64,000 nucleotides of DNA from Candidatus Heimdallarchaeota archaeon (GTDB taxonomy: Archaea; Asgardarchaeota; Heimdallarchaeia; Heimdallarchaeales; Heimdallarchaeaceae): positions 32,001-96,000 of the forward strand of contig DAOVET010000001.1 in assembly GCA_030668825.1 (NCBI GenBank), written 5' to 3'. This document shows, one piece after another, positions 10,261-19,910 of the stretch (its first letter is position 1; each line of letters begins with the position of its first letter). The position numbers were made by a program, and so were the translations under genes. The notes beneath the pieces were generated by a model. That model saw only the letters and a program-made list of their open reading frames with translations, did no database searches and had not been told where the DNA came from.

Positions 10261-11404
10261 TCACATCAGCGTTAATGAGTATACCGTGGGCAGACCTGAA
10301 TAAACCTCGCTTAACTCGTCTTCCCTTATACTTTGTTCTTTTTCTTGAATATTCATTATCAAGAAAACTGCATTTGGAAGTGTAGTTCTCTTCAATCATC
10401 TCAACACTAATTCCTTTTTCCTCTGCTTTATACTTGAGACTATGTATGATTTTGTCAAAAGGGATGATAACAAATATCTGAGTCGTTTTATTACGTAATC
10501 GTATCTGTTGTTTCCATCGGGGATTATACCCGATAAACACTCGTTGTATATTATTTTCTACCCAGTATTTAACGAACTGTTTACTCATCTGATGAATCCA
10601 GTTTCTCACTTTTCTACGCTTAGTTTCACATAACTGGTAAAACCGTGGTCCATAACTTAGCTGATTATAATTTTGTAATGCTGAATGTTGCTGAAATGCA
10701 TACTTTTGCTGTATTTTTTTGACTTCTTTCAGATAGAACTGGATGATGGATTTGATACCTTTACCCTCATCCTTGACAACAATTGGTCTGCTGCCAATGT
10801 TGTCTACATAAGTGATGAGGTTGGTTAATCCTAGATCTATCGCTCCTAAATTATTTCCATTCACCTCAGTATCGGGAATAAGCTTACTATAGACAATCTC
10901 CACCGTATATCCTCTCCCTCGAGGAATAATTCTGACTTCTTTGAGTTTGACAGTTTCTGAAAGTCGAGTTTTCGTAGAAAATGCTATTTTCTTCGGGAGA
11001 ACTAGCTTTCTACCTATTATTCTAGCTTGCTGATTCGTGAAAATTGCTACTTGTTGGCCCTTCTTGGCTTTGTACTTGGGAGTACGAGGTTTTCCGATAA
11101 ACATTTTTGGATTATTTTTGTATTCTATCCTTGCTTGCTGAAAACTCTTCCAATTTCTGGTAAGTATTTTGAGGGTGTGTTGAGCTGTTTGAGCTGGAAG
11201 GTTTTTGTAGCATTTTTCCGTCTTCAGCTTACGATCTAGTTGCTGATACGACAAATATTGCTTCGTTTGACAATAATTTTGTTTGAACAGAAACATTGCC
11301 CGATTGTAGAGGTTCTTTGTTTGATGACACAGTTGCTGAAGAGCAGGTGTTGGATTTGTTTCTATCACTTCTGTTCTCCATACATCTTGCGCCATTTTCT
11401 TCAT
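10148..11404 (-). CDS. tnpB: TnpB RNA-guided endonuclease, stand-alone (no tnpA), rearranged RuvC-II
   Basis: KNLYN, AIDLGLTNL (RuvC-I), VFIGYNPRWKQ (G in place of the canonical E), IEENYTSKCS, INADVNGAYNI (RuvC-III). Confidence 0.93.
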   Translation of the reverse strand: MKKMAQDVWRTEVIETNPTPALQQLCHQTKNLYNRAMFLFKQNYCQTKQYLSYQQLDRKLKTEKCYKNLPAQTAQHTLKILTRNWKSFQQARIEYKNNPKMFIGKPRTPKYKAKKGQQVAIFTNQQARIIGRKLVLPKKIAFSTKTRLSETVKLKEVRIIPRGRGYTVEIVYSKLIPDTEVNGNNLGAIDLGLTNLITYVDNIGSRPIVVKDEGKGIKSIIQFYLKEVKKIQQKYAFQQHSALQNYNQLSYGPRFYQLCETKRRKVRNWIHQMSKQFVKYWVENNIQRVFIGYNPRWKQQIRLRNKTTQIFVIIPFDKIIHSLKYKAEEKGISVEMIEENYTSKCSFLDNEYSRKRTKYKGRRVKRGLFRSAHGILINADVNGAYNILMKGNPQALPHRSVGGVGGYVIYPLRWSFEQ

Positions 11405-11473
11405 TACTTTATTTTGTTTTGCTTATTTAAATCCCAAAATTTCTTTTTTTGTTTAATGGTACAATAGCATCAT

Positions 11474-11482
11474 TGTCTCCAT
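11474..11482. repeat. 9-bp direct repeat TGTCTCCAT, copy 2
   Basis: Matches 10095-10103. Confidence 0.6.
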
Positions 11483-11528
11483 AGAAACAATTATCAGCAA
11501 CAACAGAATCTTGGGAGTAGTGAGCTAA

Positions 11529-12056
11529 GTGTCAAAGAAAACATATCTTACTAACAAAATAGTTCTTATTGGTGACGCAAGAGTGGGAAAAACCTCACTT
11601 GTTCGAAGATTCGTATCAAATATGTTTGATCCATCTTACAAGATTACTTTAGGTACAACAATAATGAAAAAAGTAGTTGATTACCTTTCTTACAATGTGA
11701 CACTAGCGATCTGGGACGTAGGCGGCCAGGAGGTTTTTCGTCAAATAAGAAGCAAATATTTCTTTGGAAGTAAAGGTGCTTTAGCTATTTGTGATGCTTC
11801 CAACCTTGATTCTTTCAAGAATCTTTCTTCCTGGATTGCTTCTTTCAGTAACGAAGTTGGCGATAAACCTATCATTTTTTTAGCCAATAAATGTGATCTT
11901 AAGAATCAAGTTGTTTCTGAAGACCACTTAAAACAACTTGTTCAAGATACTCCTAAATCTGAATTCATGTTTACTTCTGCTAAAGATGGTACTAACACTG
12001 AAAAAGCCTTTATCGACCTCACTCGTCTCATGGTTGCTGAAGAAGATATTATTTAA
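11529..12056 (+). CDS. Rab-like small GTPase, probably chimeric (host 5' half plus island-supplied 3' half)
   Basis: G1 GDARVGKTS, G2 TLG, G3 WDVGGQ, G4 NKCD, G5 SAK; GTG start; no C-terminal prenylation motif. Confidence 0.93.
   Translation: MSKKTYLTNKIVLIGDARVGKTSLVRRFVSNMFDPSYKITLGTTIMKKVVDYLSYNVTLAIWDVGGQEVFRQIRSKYFFGSKGALAICDASNLDSFKNLSSWIASFSNEVGDKPIIFLANKCDLKNQVVSEDHLKQLVQDTPKSEFMFTSAKDGTNTEKAFIDLTRLMVAEEDII
11754..11797 (+). repeat. Left att-like repeat (43/44 identical to 30753-30796)
   Basis: AAATATTTCTTTGGAAG-t/c-AAAGGTGCTTTAGCTATTTGTGATGC is present at both island ends, offset 18,999 bp. Confidence 0.85.
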
Positions 12057-12057
12057 T

Positions 12058-13056
12058 TTATTCATGTTTTACTTTGTTATGCTTTTTTAGATATTCTTCT
12101 AATTTTTCTATTTTCTCTAGAAATCCTCTCTTCTTTTCCTCTTCTCTTTCCTCTCCCCTTAGATAAACATTCGGAAAACTTTCTTTTGTTTCTTTTATTA
12201 TTTTCTCGTATGGTAAATCTACTTCTTCTTCAATATACATTCTTATTTTTCCTGTTAGTGTGTCTAATATTGGTTCCACTTTGTTATAATCCAATACCCA
12301 CTGCAAGTATTTTGCTCTTCTTAAATCTGCTATTATTTCCCTACAGATATTTCTCAGTTTCTTCTTATTTGCTTGTTGTTTTTTCTTTTTCCTATATATC
12401 TCATCTAACATTACTGCTCTTATTATTCTTTCATTTACTATGTGTTCACATTCCCCATATTCTCTTTCACTTAGCGTATCTCCTAAATCATAACAAAAAG
12501 TTAAATCATCCAACATTGAGATAAAGATTATCAATTTCCTTGCAATTACACTTGTTTCATCCTTTACATCCACTCTTTGTTTTAGATTTTCATAAAATTG
12601 AACCAGTGTCCTCAGAATATCTCTTACAGTTTCTTCTTGTTGTTTTTTTTCAAACCTTCTTCCTTCTTTATTAAAATGCTTCAAATATATGCCTACCACA
12701 ATACTAAACAGTATTTCTATTTCTGGATACTTTTGTATAAAATTCCCAGATTGTATTTTCATTTTTACACTGTTAGTTAATTTCTCAATTCTCTTATTAT
12801 AATCGTCTTTCTTCTCTAATCCATATAATTCCAGTAATTCATTCTGAGCATCATTAGAAAGAATTTTTTCTGCTGTTTTAAAAAATTGGAATTCTTGTTC
12901 AATAATTGTAATGAGTTCTAAAAAATCCCAATTAAAATATCCTGTAGAAAAATAATCAATTTTTGTATATTGATGAGATACATTGTACTTTTCATCATTA
13001 ATCATGATAAAATCCAGAAATTCTTGAATTATCTGTGATTCTTGGACTTTGTTCAT
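12058..13056 (-). CDS. Hypothetical helical protein, first gene inside the island's left end
   Basis: 332-aa ORF convergent with the Rab gene (stop codons 1 bp apart); purine-ending codons in the 3' part; no family motif recognised. Confidence 0.7.
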   Translation of the reverse strand: MNKVQESQIIQEFLDFIMINDEKYNVSHQYTKIDYFSTGYFNWDFLELITIIEQEFQFFKTAEKILSNDAQNELLELYGLEKKDDYNKRIEKLTNSVKMKIQSGNFIQKYPEIEILFSIVVGIYLKHFNKEGRRFEKKQQEETVRDILRTLVQFYENLKQRVDVKDETSVIARKLIIFISMLDDLTFCYDLGDTLSEREYGECEHIVNERIIRAVMLDEIYRKKKKQQANKKKLRNICREIIADLRRAKYLQWVLDYNKVEPILDTLTGKIRMYIEEEVDLPYEKIIKETKESFPNVYLRGEEREEEKKRGFLEKIEKLEEYLKKHNKVKHE

Positions 13057-13150
13057 TTTCCTCTTTCCTTGTAATAATATTCATATTCTATAGATTTAAG
13101 CTTTCTGTGGCAAAAAAAGAGTGGAGGAGTGAAAATGACTCACCATTTCT

Positions 13151-13573
13151 TCAATTTAGGAAGTGCCAATTTGTAGTAATCCATTTGAAGAAATCTCGTA
13201 TCTTTGCTTTTTCTGGGAACGAGAAAACTAGATTTAGTGCTTCTATTTTGATTTCATTGATTAACTTTGATAACCAATTCCCACCATCACCTAATGAGTA
13301 TACACCTCTAGTGCTTTCCCATCCTGGAATAATTCTACCTGAAGTTTTCTGTTGTCCAAATCTTATGTTTATTTCTACATCATTTATACGTATATTCCCA
13401 TTCCAATCAATATCAATACGAGAAATACGATTGTTTGCTTGAATTGTACCAAAACTTATCCCATCTGGATAGAGCGAAATTTCTCTTCTTAAATATTGCA
13501 TTGCATCATCACAGTTTCTCTGATAATCTGCTAATATAAGAGCGAAAAGCTTCATCATTTCATCACAATTCAT
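13151..13573 (-). CDS. Hypothetical protein
   Basis: 140-aa ORF with plausible composition and an upstream TATA-like TTTTTATAA. Confidence 0.55.
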   Translation of the reverse strand: MNCDEMMKLFALILADYQRNCDDAMQYLRREISLYPDGISFGTIQANNRISRIDIDWNGNIRINDVEINIRFGQQKTSGRIIPGWESTRGVYSLGDGGNWLSKLINEIKIEALNLVFSFPEKAKIRDFFKWITTNWHFLN

Positions 13574-13628
13574 TCTTTTTAAACAAATAAGTTATAAAAA
13601 ATTATTATCTTAATATAAAGAGGATTTG

Positions 13629-14225
13629 TTAGTCTTTTTGAAAACGATTGTAAATAGGCTTCAAAAGAGGAACAAATAAGAGAAGAGAAAGCATCATAAA
13701 AGAAGTTGAATCTGGATTTGGACGCAGTTCAAACAAAACCAACCATGCCGAACTATGGTCTTCATCTGTCGCTAGTGGTATGTTTTCTGTAAAAGTTAAT
13801 AGGCAACGAACATTACAAGTCCCCCAATTTGAATTATAATTAATAGTTAGGTCTTGTGTAATATAGCTACCAACAGTTGTGAATTCCTCGCTATAGGTTT
13901 TTGTTTCAATGTTACCAATTGTATAAATATCTATAGTTAAACCTATGTTTTTTATTCCTTGTACATTGCTTCCAAGCGCTCCAAGTTCTATAATGATTTT
14001 ACCTTCCGCTTTCTGATTATGATTCAGAGAAACATCATCAAAAGAAGGCTTAATTAAAATCTCTGTCCCACGAGTGGTTGTTACAGTATGTACTTCAAAG
14101 GTAAGCGCAGAAGGATATGAAACAGCTGAGAAAATAAATAGTAAGCCAATGAACAGAATTTTAATCTTTTTATTCAAATGTAATTCACCGCAAATACAAA
14201 GGAAGTAAATATATTTAAAGTGCAC
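13629..14225 (-). CDS. Secreted beta-rich protein with C-terminal membrane anchor
   Basis: Signal-like KKIKILFIGLLFIFSAV (true start probably downstream of the ORF start); C-terminal STSFMMLSLLLFVPLLKPIYNR. Confidence 0.65.
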   Translation of the reverse strand: MHFKYIYFLCICGELHLNKKIKILFIGLLFIFSAVSYPSALTFEVHTVTTTRGTEILIKPSFDDVSLNHNQKAEGKIIIELGALGSNVQGIKNIGLTIDIYTIGNIETKTYSEEFTTVGSYITQDLTINYNSNWGTCNVRCLLTFTENIPLATDEDHSSAWLVLFELRPNPDSTSFMMLSLLLFVPLLKPIYNRFQKD

Positions 14226-14242
14226 TATAAGTTACTTTACAT

Positions 14243-14476
14243 ATGCGAATGAGTAACGAAGGTAAAATCATTTTCAATCACATGGGAATAGAATATAGAG
14301 AATGCATAATAGAACAATGTATGTGGAACGTCAATTGGGAAGAACTACGATTGGCAGAAGAGACAGCGGGAAGACCTCTACCAAAAAAATTCGAGGGAAG
14401 GGTGTGTAATTGTGTTCCAGAGAATCCTATAGGTATTTTAGAAGCTTCTAAAGTACGATGCAATCCAGAAGGTTAA
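14243..14476 (+). CDS. Small cysteine-containing hypothetical protein
   Basis: 77 aa, five Cys (CIIEQC...CNC...C), upstream TATTTAAA. Confidence 0.5.
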   Translation: MRMSNEGKIIFNHMGIEYRECIIEQCMWNVNWEELRLAEETAGRPLPKKFEGRVCNCVPENPIGILEASKVRCNPEG

Positions 14477-14514
14477 AAAGGTTAATTATCAACTGTAGAA
14501 TTCATTTTCTATCT

Positions 14515-14751
14515 TTATATAAAATCTTCTAATCCTAATTGTTTCTTCGGTCTCATAAAATCCTTCAGTTCCTTATCCTTTTGGTCAATGAACCATTGTT
14601 TGATGAGCTTGGTTTCAGGATCAACAACAGACTTAGGTATCCAGATAGGATTATCAACAAAACCATCAATAAGAGCTAGAAAGGCTTTCTCTGTCTCAAT
14701 ATCTACTTTACCTAACTTAAAGTCTGAATACTTACTCCGATTCTCGTCCAT
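14515..14751 (-). CDS. Small virus/plasmid-type protein (ETEKA...WIPKS motif)
   Basis: IETEKAFLAL...IWIPKSVV...IKQWF pattern, which I recall from small mobile-element proteins. Confidence 0.6.
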   Translation of the reverse strand: MDENRSKYSDFKLGKVDIETEKAFLALIDGFVDNPIWIPKSVVDPETKLIKQWFIDQKDKELKDFMRPKKQLGLEDFI

Positions 14752-14905
14752 ATTAAAAAGAAAGAGGAGATTTCAGTTTATAATGATAGAGCAAAGATGT
14801 ATATTAAGTTGGATATTTTTTCTCCTTTTTGCATTTACTTGAATAATCTAAACAAATAACTTTATTGTATTCAATTTCCAATATCTTAGATATTATGGGA
14901 AATTT

Positions 14906-15559
14906 CTATCTCTTGTTTGAATTTTTCTTTCGGATTGCGAAAATCACAGTACATATCAACAAAATGGATAATAGTGGTAATGCAAAAGAAACATTTGTTT
15001 GTTCAGTAGGATAATAGTCAAATTCAATGTAAGTGACATTCATATTACCTGAATTCATCTTTATTAAAGCAGGTAGTTCTAGAGTAGTTATGTTATTTAC
15101 AAAATAACCTGTATTTATTGGTCTCCAGAGAGTATAATTTCCATCCTCGGGTTGAGATAAACCCGATTGATTAATATAAAATTTCACGTAACTATGTTCA
15201 ACAGTGATTCCTGGAGCATAAGAATAGTGCATTATTGTTGCATGAGCTATCATCAATGGATCAATTACCAGTGTTTGGTTACTAAGGGTTGCATTTATGA
15301 AGACTTTAGGATAAAAATCTGATAACTCAACTACTGTTTGATTTTCCTCAGCTCTATTCAGAATTTCTACAGTAACACCGATACCAAATAGAGTAGAATT
15401 TGGTTTATTATATAGATTAGTAATTACAGCAATTTCACTAACTTCTGATACTCTTGAAGCAATAACAGGAAGATTACCAGAAACTGATAAATTGATTGAA
15501 GAAACACATATGTATGCAATTAATATTAAAGTAAGATATTTTCCTAGTGGTTTAATCAT
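14906..15559 (-). CDS. Secreted glycoprotein-like protein with C-terminal TM anchor and basic tail
   Basis: N-terminal signal, several NxS/T sequons, TEQTNVSFALPLLSILLICTVIFAIRKK; SD-like GGAGG upstream. Confidence 0.75.
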   Translation of the reverse strand: MIKPLGKYLTLILIAYICVSSINLSVSGNLPVIASRVSEVSEIAVITNLYNKPNSTLFGIGVTVEILNRAEENQTVVELSDFYPKVFINATLSNQTLVIDPLMIAHATIMHYSYAPGITVEHSYVKFYINQSGLSQPEDGNYTLWRPINTGYFVNNITTLELPALIKMNSGNMNVTYIEFDYYPTEQTNVSFALPLLSILLICTVIFAIRKKNSNKR

Positions 15560-15571
15560 ACTTTTTCCTCC

Positions 15572-15620
15572 ATTTAATCTTTTTAGCAGACGTACCTAAT
15601 TAAAGTTAAGTACGAGGTTT
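15572..15620. terminator. Intergenic hairpin (CGTACCTAA...TTAAGTACG), possible terminator
   Basis: Imperfect inverted repeat just downstream of the S8 peptidase stop codon. Confidence 0.3.
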
Positions 15621-15628
15621 AATAATTC

Positions 15629-16825
15629 TTACCTTGCTAGTCTCCCCTCCGTATATGCCTTTCCAAATGCTAAATAAGCATCTATATATCCATATCCAAA
15701 TTTTTGATCAAAAGTGCTTCGCGAACTAGCATAGTATAAGATATCCAAAACTTTCTGGAGAGAAGGGTCAGTAGAAGAACCTATTCCATTGTGATAAGCT
15801 GTTATTATCAAAGCAATTGTTGCAGCCAAATAGGGAGTACTAAAACTGGTTCCAGCTCCATATTTCCAAATACCTCTATAGATTCCAAGTGATTGATCAT
15901 AATATGCATCCGTTAATATAGGTATACCATTCCCTGGTTCTACCCAGTTTACAATATGATTACCTGTAGTATAAGATTTATACCAAGATGAAAACCAGGA
16001 TTTATGATGTATCCATGAGTCGCTTCGATCTTCATGATCTATTGAACCAACAGCATACCACTCAGAGTAATATGATTGATACATGTAATTATAACCCCAA
16101 CGGTAATTAAGATAATTGTAATAGTTACCAGCTGCTGTAAGTAACATCACATTTTTAGTAATCAAACTTGCCCATTTTTGATGGATTGTTGTATCTTCAG
16201 TAAAATCAATTCTTGAGACCCAAGACCATGAAACTATATCGATATCCTTTGATGCTTGATTATCATCTATCCATTCCCAAATTTCATATTGTCCATAAGT
16301 AAATCCATAGGGATCATATAACTCTTCCTCTTCATTTTCCACATATAAATCGATAAAAATGACTTTTACATCTCTGGCGATGGAAGCTAGTACAGATATA
16401 ACTGCAAATCCATGTCCATGAAACACTTGATTGTCTAGAAATGGATCATTAGGATTAGTAATGAATTTTATTTCATTATAACATCTGAAATCGTTTGTTA
16501 AGAACCCAACAATATCCACATTCGCTTCAGGATTTTGTTCTAAAGCTTTCCATTCCAAATCAGTTAAACCATCATCAATTATTACGACAGTAACATAATC
16601 ATCTATAGTAACTCCATGCTCATACACAATTACATCTGTTTCTGTATACTTATATGCTGCATCTTGAAGATTTCCAACTTTTACTGCTGGATTTATAACA
16701 GGATCACCAATTGCTCCGCATTTTAACCAATCTAACATTTTGAGTTGATTATTACACATATCAGGTAAAGGTGCCAATCCAATACATACTATCAAGCAAA
16801 AGGAAAGAATTTTTTCATATTTCAT
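15629..16825 (-). CDS. Secreted S8 (subtilisin-like) serine peptidase
   Basis: Catalytic triad VIIDDG, HGHG, GTSFSTP; oxyanion AAGN; C-terminal FGYGYIDA; signal peptide. Confidence 0.88.
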   Translation of the reverse strand: MKYEKILSFCLIVCIGLAPLPDMCNNQLKMLDWLKCGAIGDPVINPAVKVGNLQDAAYKYTETDVIVYEHGVTIDDYVTVVIIDDGLTDLEWKALEQNPEANVDIVGFLTNDFRCYNEIKFITNPNDPFLDNQVFHGHGFAVISVLASIARDVKVIFIDLYVENEEEELYDPYGFTYGQYEIWEWIDDNQASKDIDIVSWSWVSRIDFTEDTTIHQKWASLITKNVMLLTAAGNYYNYLNYRWGYNYMYQSYYSEWYAVGSIDHEDRSDSWIHHKSWFSSWYKSYTTGNHIVNWVEPGNGIPILTDAYYDQSLGIYRGIWKYGAGTSFSTPYLAATIALIITAYHNGIGSSTDPSLQKVLDILYYASSRSTFDQKFGYGYIDAYLAFGKAYTEGRLAR

Positions 16826-17044
16826 TATTCTTGACTCCTAGATAGTAATTTTATCAAATTCTAGATCCTCTTGTTTCCTTAAAAACCTGTCTTATTTTCA
16901 GATGCTGCAAATGTGTCGTAAATTTCCAATATTCTTTCTTTCATTTCTTTCAATGTTGTTTTTACCACCTTTATAAATCAAACTCCTGATAATAGTTCAC
17001 CTACACTCCTTGTTTTACATCCCACTGAAAGTAAAAAAGGATAG

Positions 17045-17599
17045 TTGGTGAAAGAAGTGGGTAAGAACATGTATACAAGATTAAAAGAAGAAGTAAAGAA
17101 ATATCTCTCCTCTTTTAAAAGGTTTCAAGAAGAACTACAATCATTTAAAGAATTTAGAAGAAGTATTGATTTACCATCAGAGATGACAATAGATCTATCG
17201 GAAACTAAGGACCAGATGGAAGCTATTAGAAGATATGAAGCAAGATTACAGAAAGGAAAAGATGATCCAACTTGGTTTACTCTCACTAAGATGGTTACTG
17301 ATGTTTTTTTCGAGATGAAAAAAGAGTTTGAGGTATTCATGCAAGAACCTCAGTTTCTAGAAGGTAGAAAGTGTAAAAATCTAGTTGATTTAACTACTTA
17401 TGTAGTTGGAGAATTACAAGAACTAGAAGTTAAGCTTTACTCCAAACACATGGATGAAGTAGATTGTTCTGTTTGTAACCAAAGTCATCTTATTCTTGAT
17501 GAGAATAGAGCAGAACAGACATGTAAAAACTGTGGCATAGTAATTAGAGATAAGATATCCGAAGAGGAAATTAGTCTTAAATCACAACCTTTTTTCTGA
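17045..17599 (+). CDS. Coiled-coil protein with a C-terminal TFIIB-type zinc ribbon
   Basis: CSVCNQSHLILDENRAEQTCKNCGIVIRD matches the TFIIB/TFB ribbon CxxC...D...E..C..CG.V..D. Confidence 0.75.
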   Translation: MVKEVGKNMYTRLKEEVKKYLSSFKRFQEELQSFKEFRRSIDLPSEMTIDLSETKDQMEAIRRYEARLQKGKDDPTWFTLTKMVTDVFFEMKKEFEVFMQEPQFLEGRKCKNLVDLTTYVVGELQELEVKLYSKHMDEVDCSVCNQSHLILDENRAEQTCKNCGIVIRDKISEEEISLKSQPFF

Positions 17600-17663
17600 T
17601 AAAAACTTAAAAAGGATAAGGATAAATTCTACTAATCTTAATTATTACTTAAATAACGAATAT

Positions 17664-18242
17664 TTGGATGGAAAAATAATGACTATTGATGGTTATGATT
17701 TACAGGATGGTTTTACTAGAAATTATCATTCCTTTCAATTGACAGGAGAGCATACAAATACTACTTGGACACATAGAATCCTCGGTTACTTTGATAGACT
17801 GGGGAGAATGCTAGGATACGAAGTACAATTTGAAAAAGAAATATATGATTTAACTTGGTGGGATTATTCAATTAATCAAGAAAAAGGGAAGATTATTCTC
17901 CATGTCGAACATGAAAATTCAACAAATAAGAATAAGATAATCGAAGAAACTTTAGAATACAAAATTCTAGATTCTGAAGCAAAAATAGCTCTTGCTATCT
18001 GTTATCCTAATAATTCTCAAGATTTTGATGAAATTAAACTTTGGATTAAAAAGAATGTTAAAAAACGAATGAAAGCAGAAGAAGTAGCCATCATAGTAGA
18101 TGGTTGTTGTTATGGAGAAGAACCATATCATTTTGCAGTTCACATGATTACGAAAAAGAAATCAGAACTATACCTTTATGACAAAATAACAGTAAATGAA
18201 TATCATTGCTTAGAGTATAAGACAGAAGAAAATTACGCGTGA
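17664..18242 (+). CDS. PD-(D/E)XK-superfamily nuclease-like protein
   Basis: LGYEVQFEKEIYDLTWW...ILHVEHEN...K: a D...ExE(N) variant active-site pattern. Confidence 0.6.
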   Translation: MDGKIMTIDGYDLQDGFTRNYHSFQLTGEHTNTTWTHRILGYFDRLGRMLGYEVQFEKEIYDLTWWDYSINQEKGKIILHVEHENSTNKNKIIEETLEYKILDSEAKIALAICYPNNSQDFDEIKLWIKKNVKKRMKAEEVAIIVDGCCYGEEPYHFAVHMITKKKSELYLYDKITVNEYHCLEYKTEENYA

Positions 18243-18271
18243 TGGACGTATCGTGTAAAATTGTGAATTAT

Positions 18272-18502
18272 TCATTGATTTTGTATTCTCGCTTTTATTT
18301 TTTTTGTTTCTTCTTCAGATAAAATCTTATCTCTCTTCCCTAAACTACATTCTTTGCATGTTGTTGCTAGATTGTCTAGTGAATGTTCTTTTACTATTGA
18401 CCAAGGTATAATATGGTCAACTTGTAATTCAACTTCTGGAGCTGAACGACCACAAATTATACAAGAAAAATTATCTCGTTGTAGAACCTCAAATCTCAAA
18501 CT
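18272..18502 (-). pseudogene. HNH endonuclease domain, probably 5'-truncated
   Basis: LRFEVLQRDNFSCIICG...LQVDHIIP...NLATTCKECSLGK. Begins immediately after the stop of the upstream gene, and the usual final Asn (CN..K) is Ser. Confidence 0.7.
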
Positions 18503-19126
18503 TTAAGGAATTGAACTTTCATCATCTTTTTTGATTTTTGCTGTAAATACAAAACCCCCTAAACATACAAAGAAAATTCCAAATGTTAAGAGAAAAGCAC
18601 CAATAACCATCCACCACCATTCTAAGTCAAAAACTAATATCCATAATCCAACAATAGAAGAATATAGTAAGTTCAAGTAAGTACGTCCTCTGAATATCAA
18701 TCTGCAAAACAATTCCTTTCCATTCTTTGGAATACTATAACCTAGAATATATTTCCTGATTTCTTCATTATCAAATCCTTTTATTTGTAATCGAACAAAA
18801 TGCAGAAGCACGTATTCTTTCATCTCTTCGTACATAGTTGTAAGATTAAAATAATTGCACCCAATAACAAAGATTCCAATAAAAATTACAAAACCAATCC
18901 GTAGATAAGGTTCATCATTTTGTGTTGAAGGAAAATCGATCTGAATGTAACTTGAACCAAAATACGCTCCTAATGAAATTATTGCTAACAATGATGGGAA
19001 TACAGAAATAAATCTAAACTTTTGAGAATTTAGGAATTTAATTCTATTAAGAATCTGTTCATGAAGAGTCAGAAGTTGTTCTTGTGGAATATCATCGTTT
19101 TCTTTCTTATCATCTTTTTTTGTCAT
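18503..19126 (-). CDS. Membrane protein (about 4 TM helices)
   Basis: Two pairs of hydrophobic segments. Confidence 0.7.
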   Translation of the reverse strand: MTKKDDKKENDDIPQEQLLTLHEQILNRIKFLNSQKFRFISVFPSLLAIISLGAYFGSSYIQIDFPSTQNDEPYLRIGFVIFIGIFVIGCNYFNLTTMYEEMKEYVLLHFVRLQIKGFDNEEIRKYILGYSIPKNGKELFCRLIFRGRTYLNLLYSSIVGLWILVFDLEWWWMVIGAFLLTFGIFFVCLGGFVFTAKIKKDDESSIP

Positions 19127-19338
19127 TTTCTTTCATCGTAAACAGATAAATAGCACATATTTAAATCCCGATGTTTTTTTCACTAAATATAATAGATGTA
19201 AGAATTTTAATTTTTTTTCAATTTTCGGTATGTTTCTGATACTATACACTCCAATAATTCGTCAAAAACTACTTTTTATACTCAAATTTAAATAGAATAA
19301 AAAATAATTAAGATTGCTTTGAGTAATTCGTATATAAG

Positions 19339-19884
19339 TTGGGAAAAATCATGAATAACACTTCAAATAACAAAAGTGATGAACAACTACAATATGAATT
19401 AAAAAAACTAATAGACAAGTATAATAAATTCAAGAGAGACAAAGGTCGTTCAGGTTTAAATAAATTGAATGAAGCAGAAGTAAGAAAAGACTTCATTGAT
19501 CCTTTCTTTGCAATTCTTGGGTGGAATATTCATGATTCCTCAGAGTATGGTACTGAAGAACATATCAAAGGTGTAGGAAGAGCAGATATCATATTAAGAG
19601 ATTCCAAGCTTATTTCCACAAAACCTCAAAGTCTTGTTTATGTTGAAGCAAAACGGTTTGGTATTCTTCATTCTAAACCACTTGATACTAAACAAGTTGA
19701 TCTTTTGGGAAAATTTGTTCCTGATTGGACAGAAGAAGATAGACAAGCAACTAATTATGCAATGGCAAAAAACATAAGATGGGCAAGAATTAATGGAATA
19801 TATCCTATTGTTGTCAGTCAAGAAATCAACAATCAGATAATGGGTAAAATAACATTTGAAATTATTGCACATTCAGATATTTAA
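19339..19884 (+). pseudogene. HsdR_N-like restriction endonuclease N-terminal domain, truncated (type I/IIG R-M remnant)
   Basis: NEAEVRKDFIDPFFAILGW, GRADIIL, VEAKR, QATNYA..IRWA. The sequence then departs from the expected W.ILTN and stops; no methyltransferase follows. Confidence 0.75.
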
Positions 19885-19910
19885 TATTTTGTTAATTAGG
19901 TTCAGAAAAT

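Noticed and set aside
1-11404. Composite transposon formed by the two tnpB genes around lhr
   Set aside because: The copies are diverged, their upstream ends are dissimilar, no transposase is present and the enclosed genes look like host genes.
14481-14490. GTTAATTATC identical to 10081-10090 near the tnpB end
   Set aside because: An AT-rich 10-mer is expected by chance, and the match does not extend.
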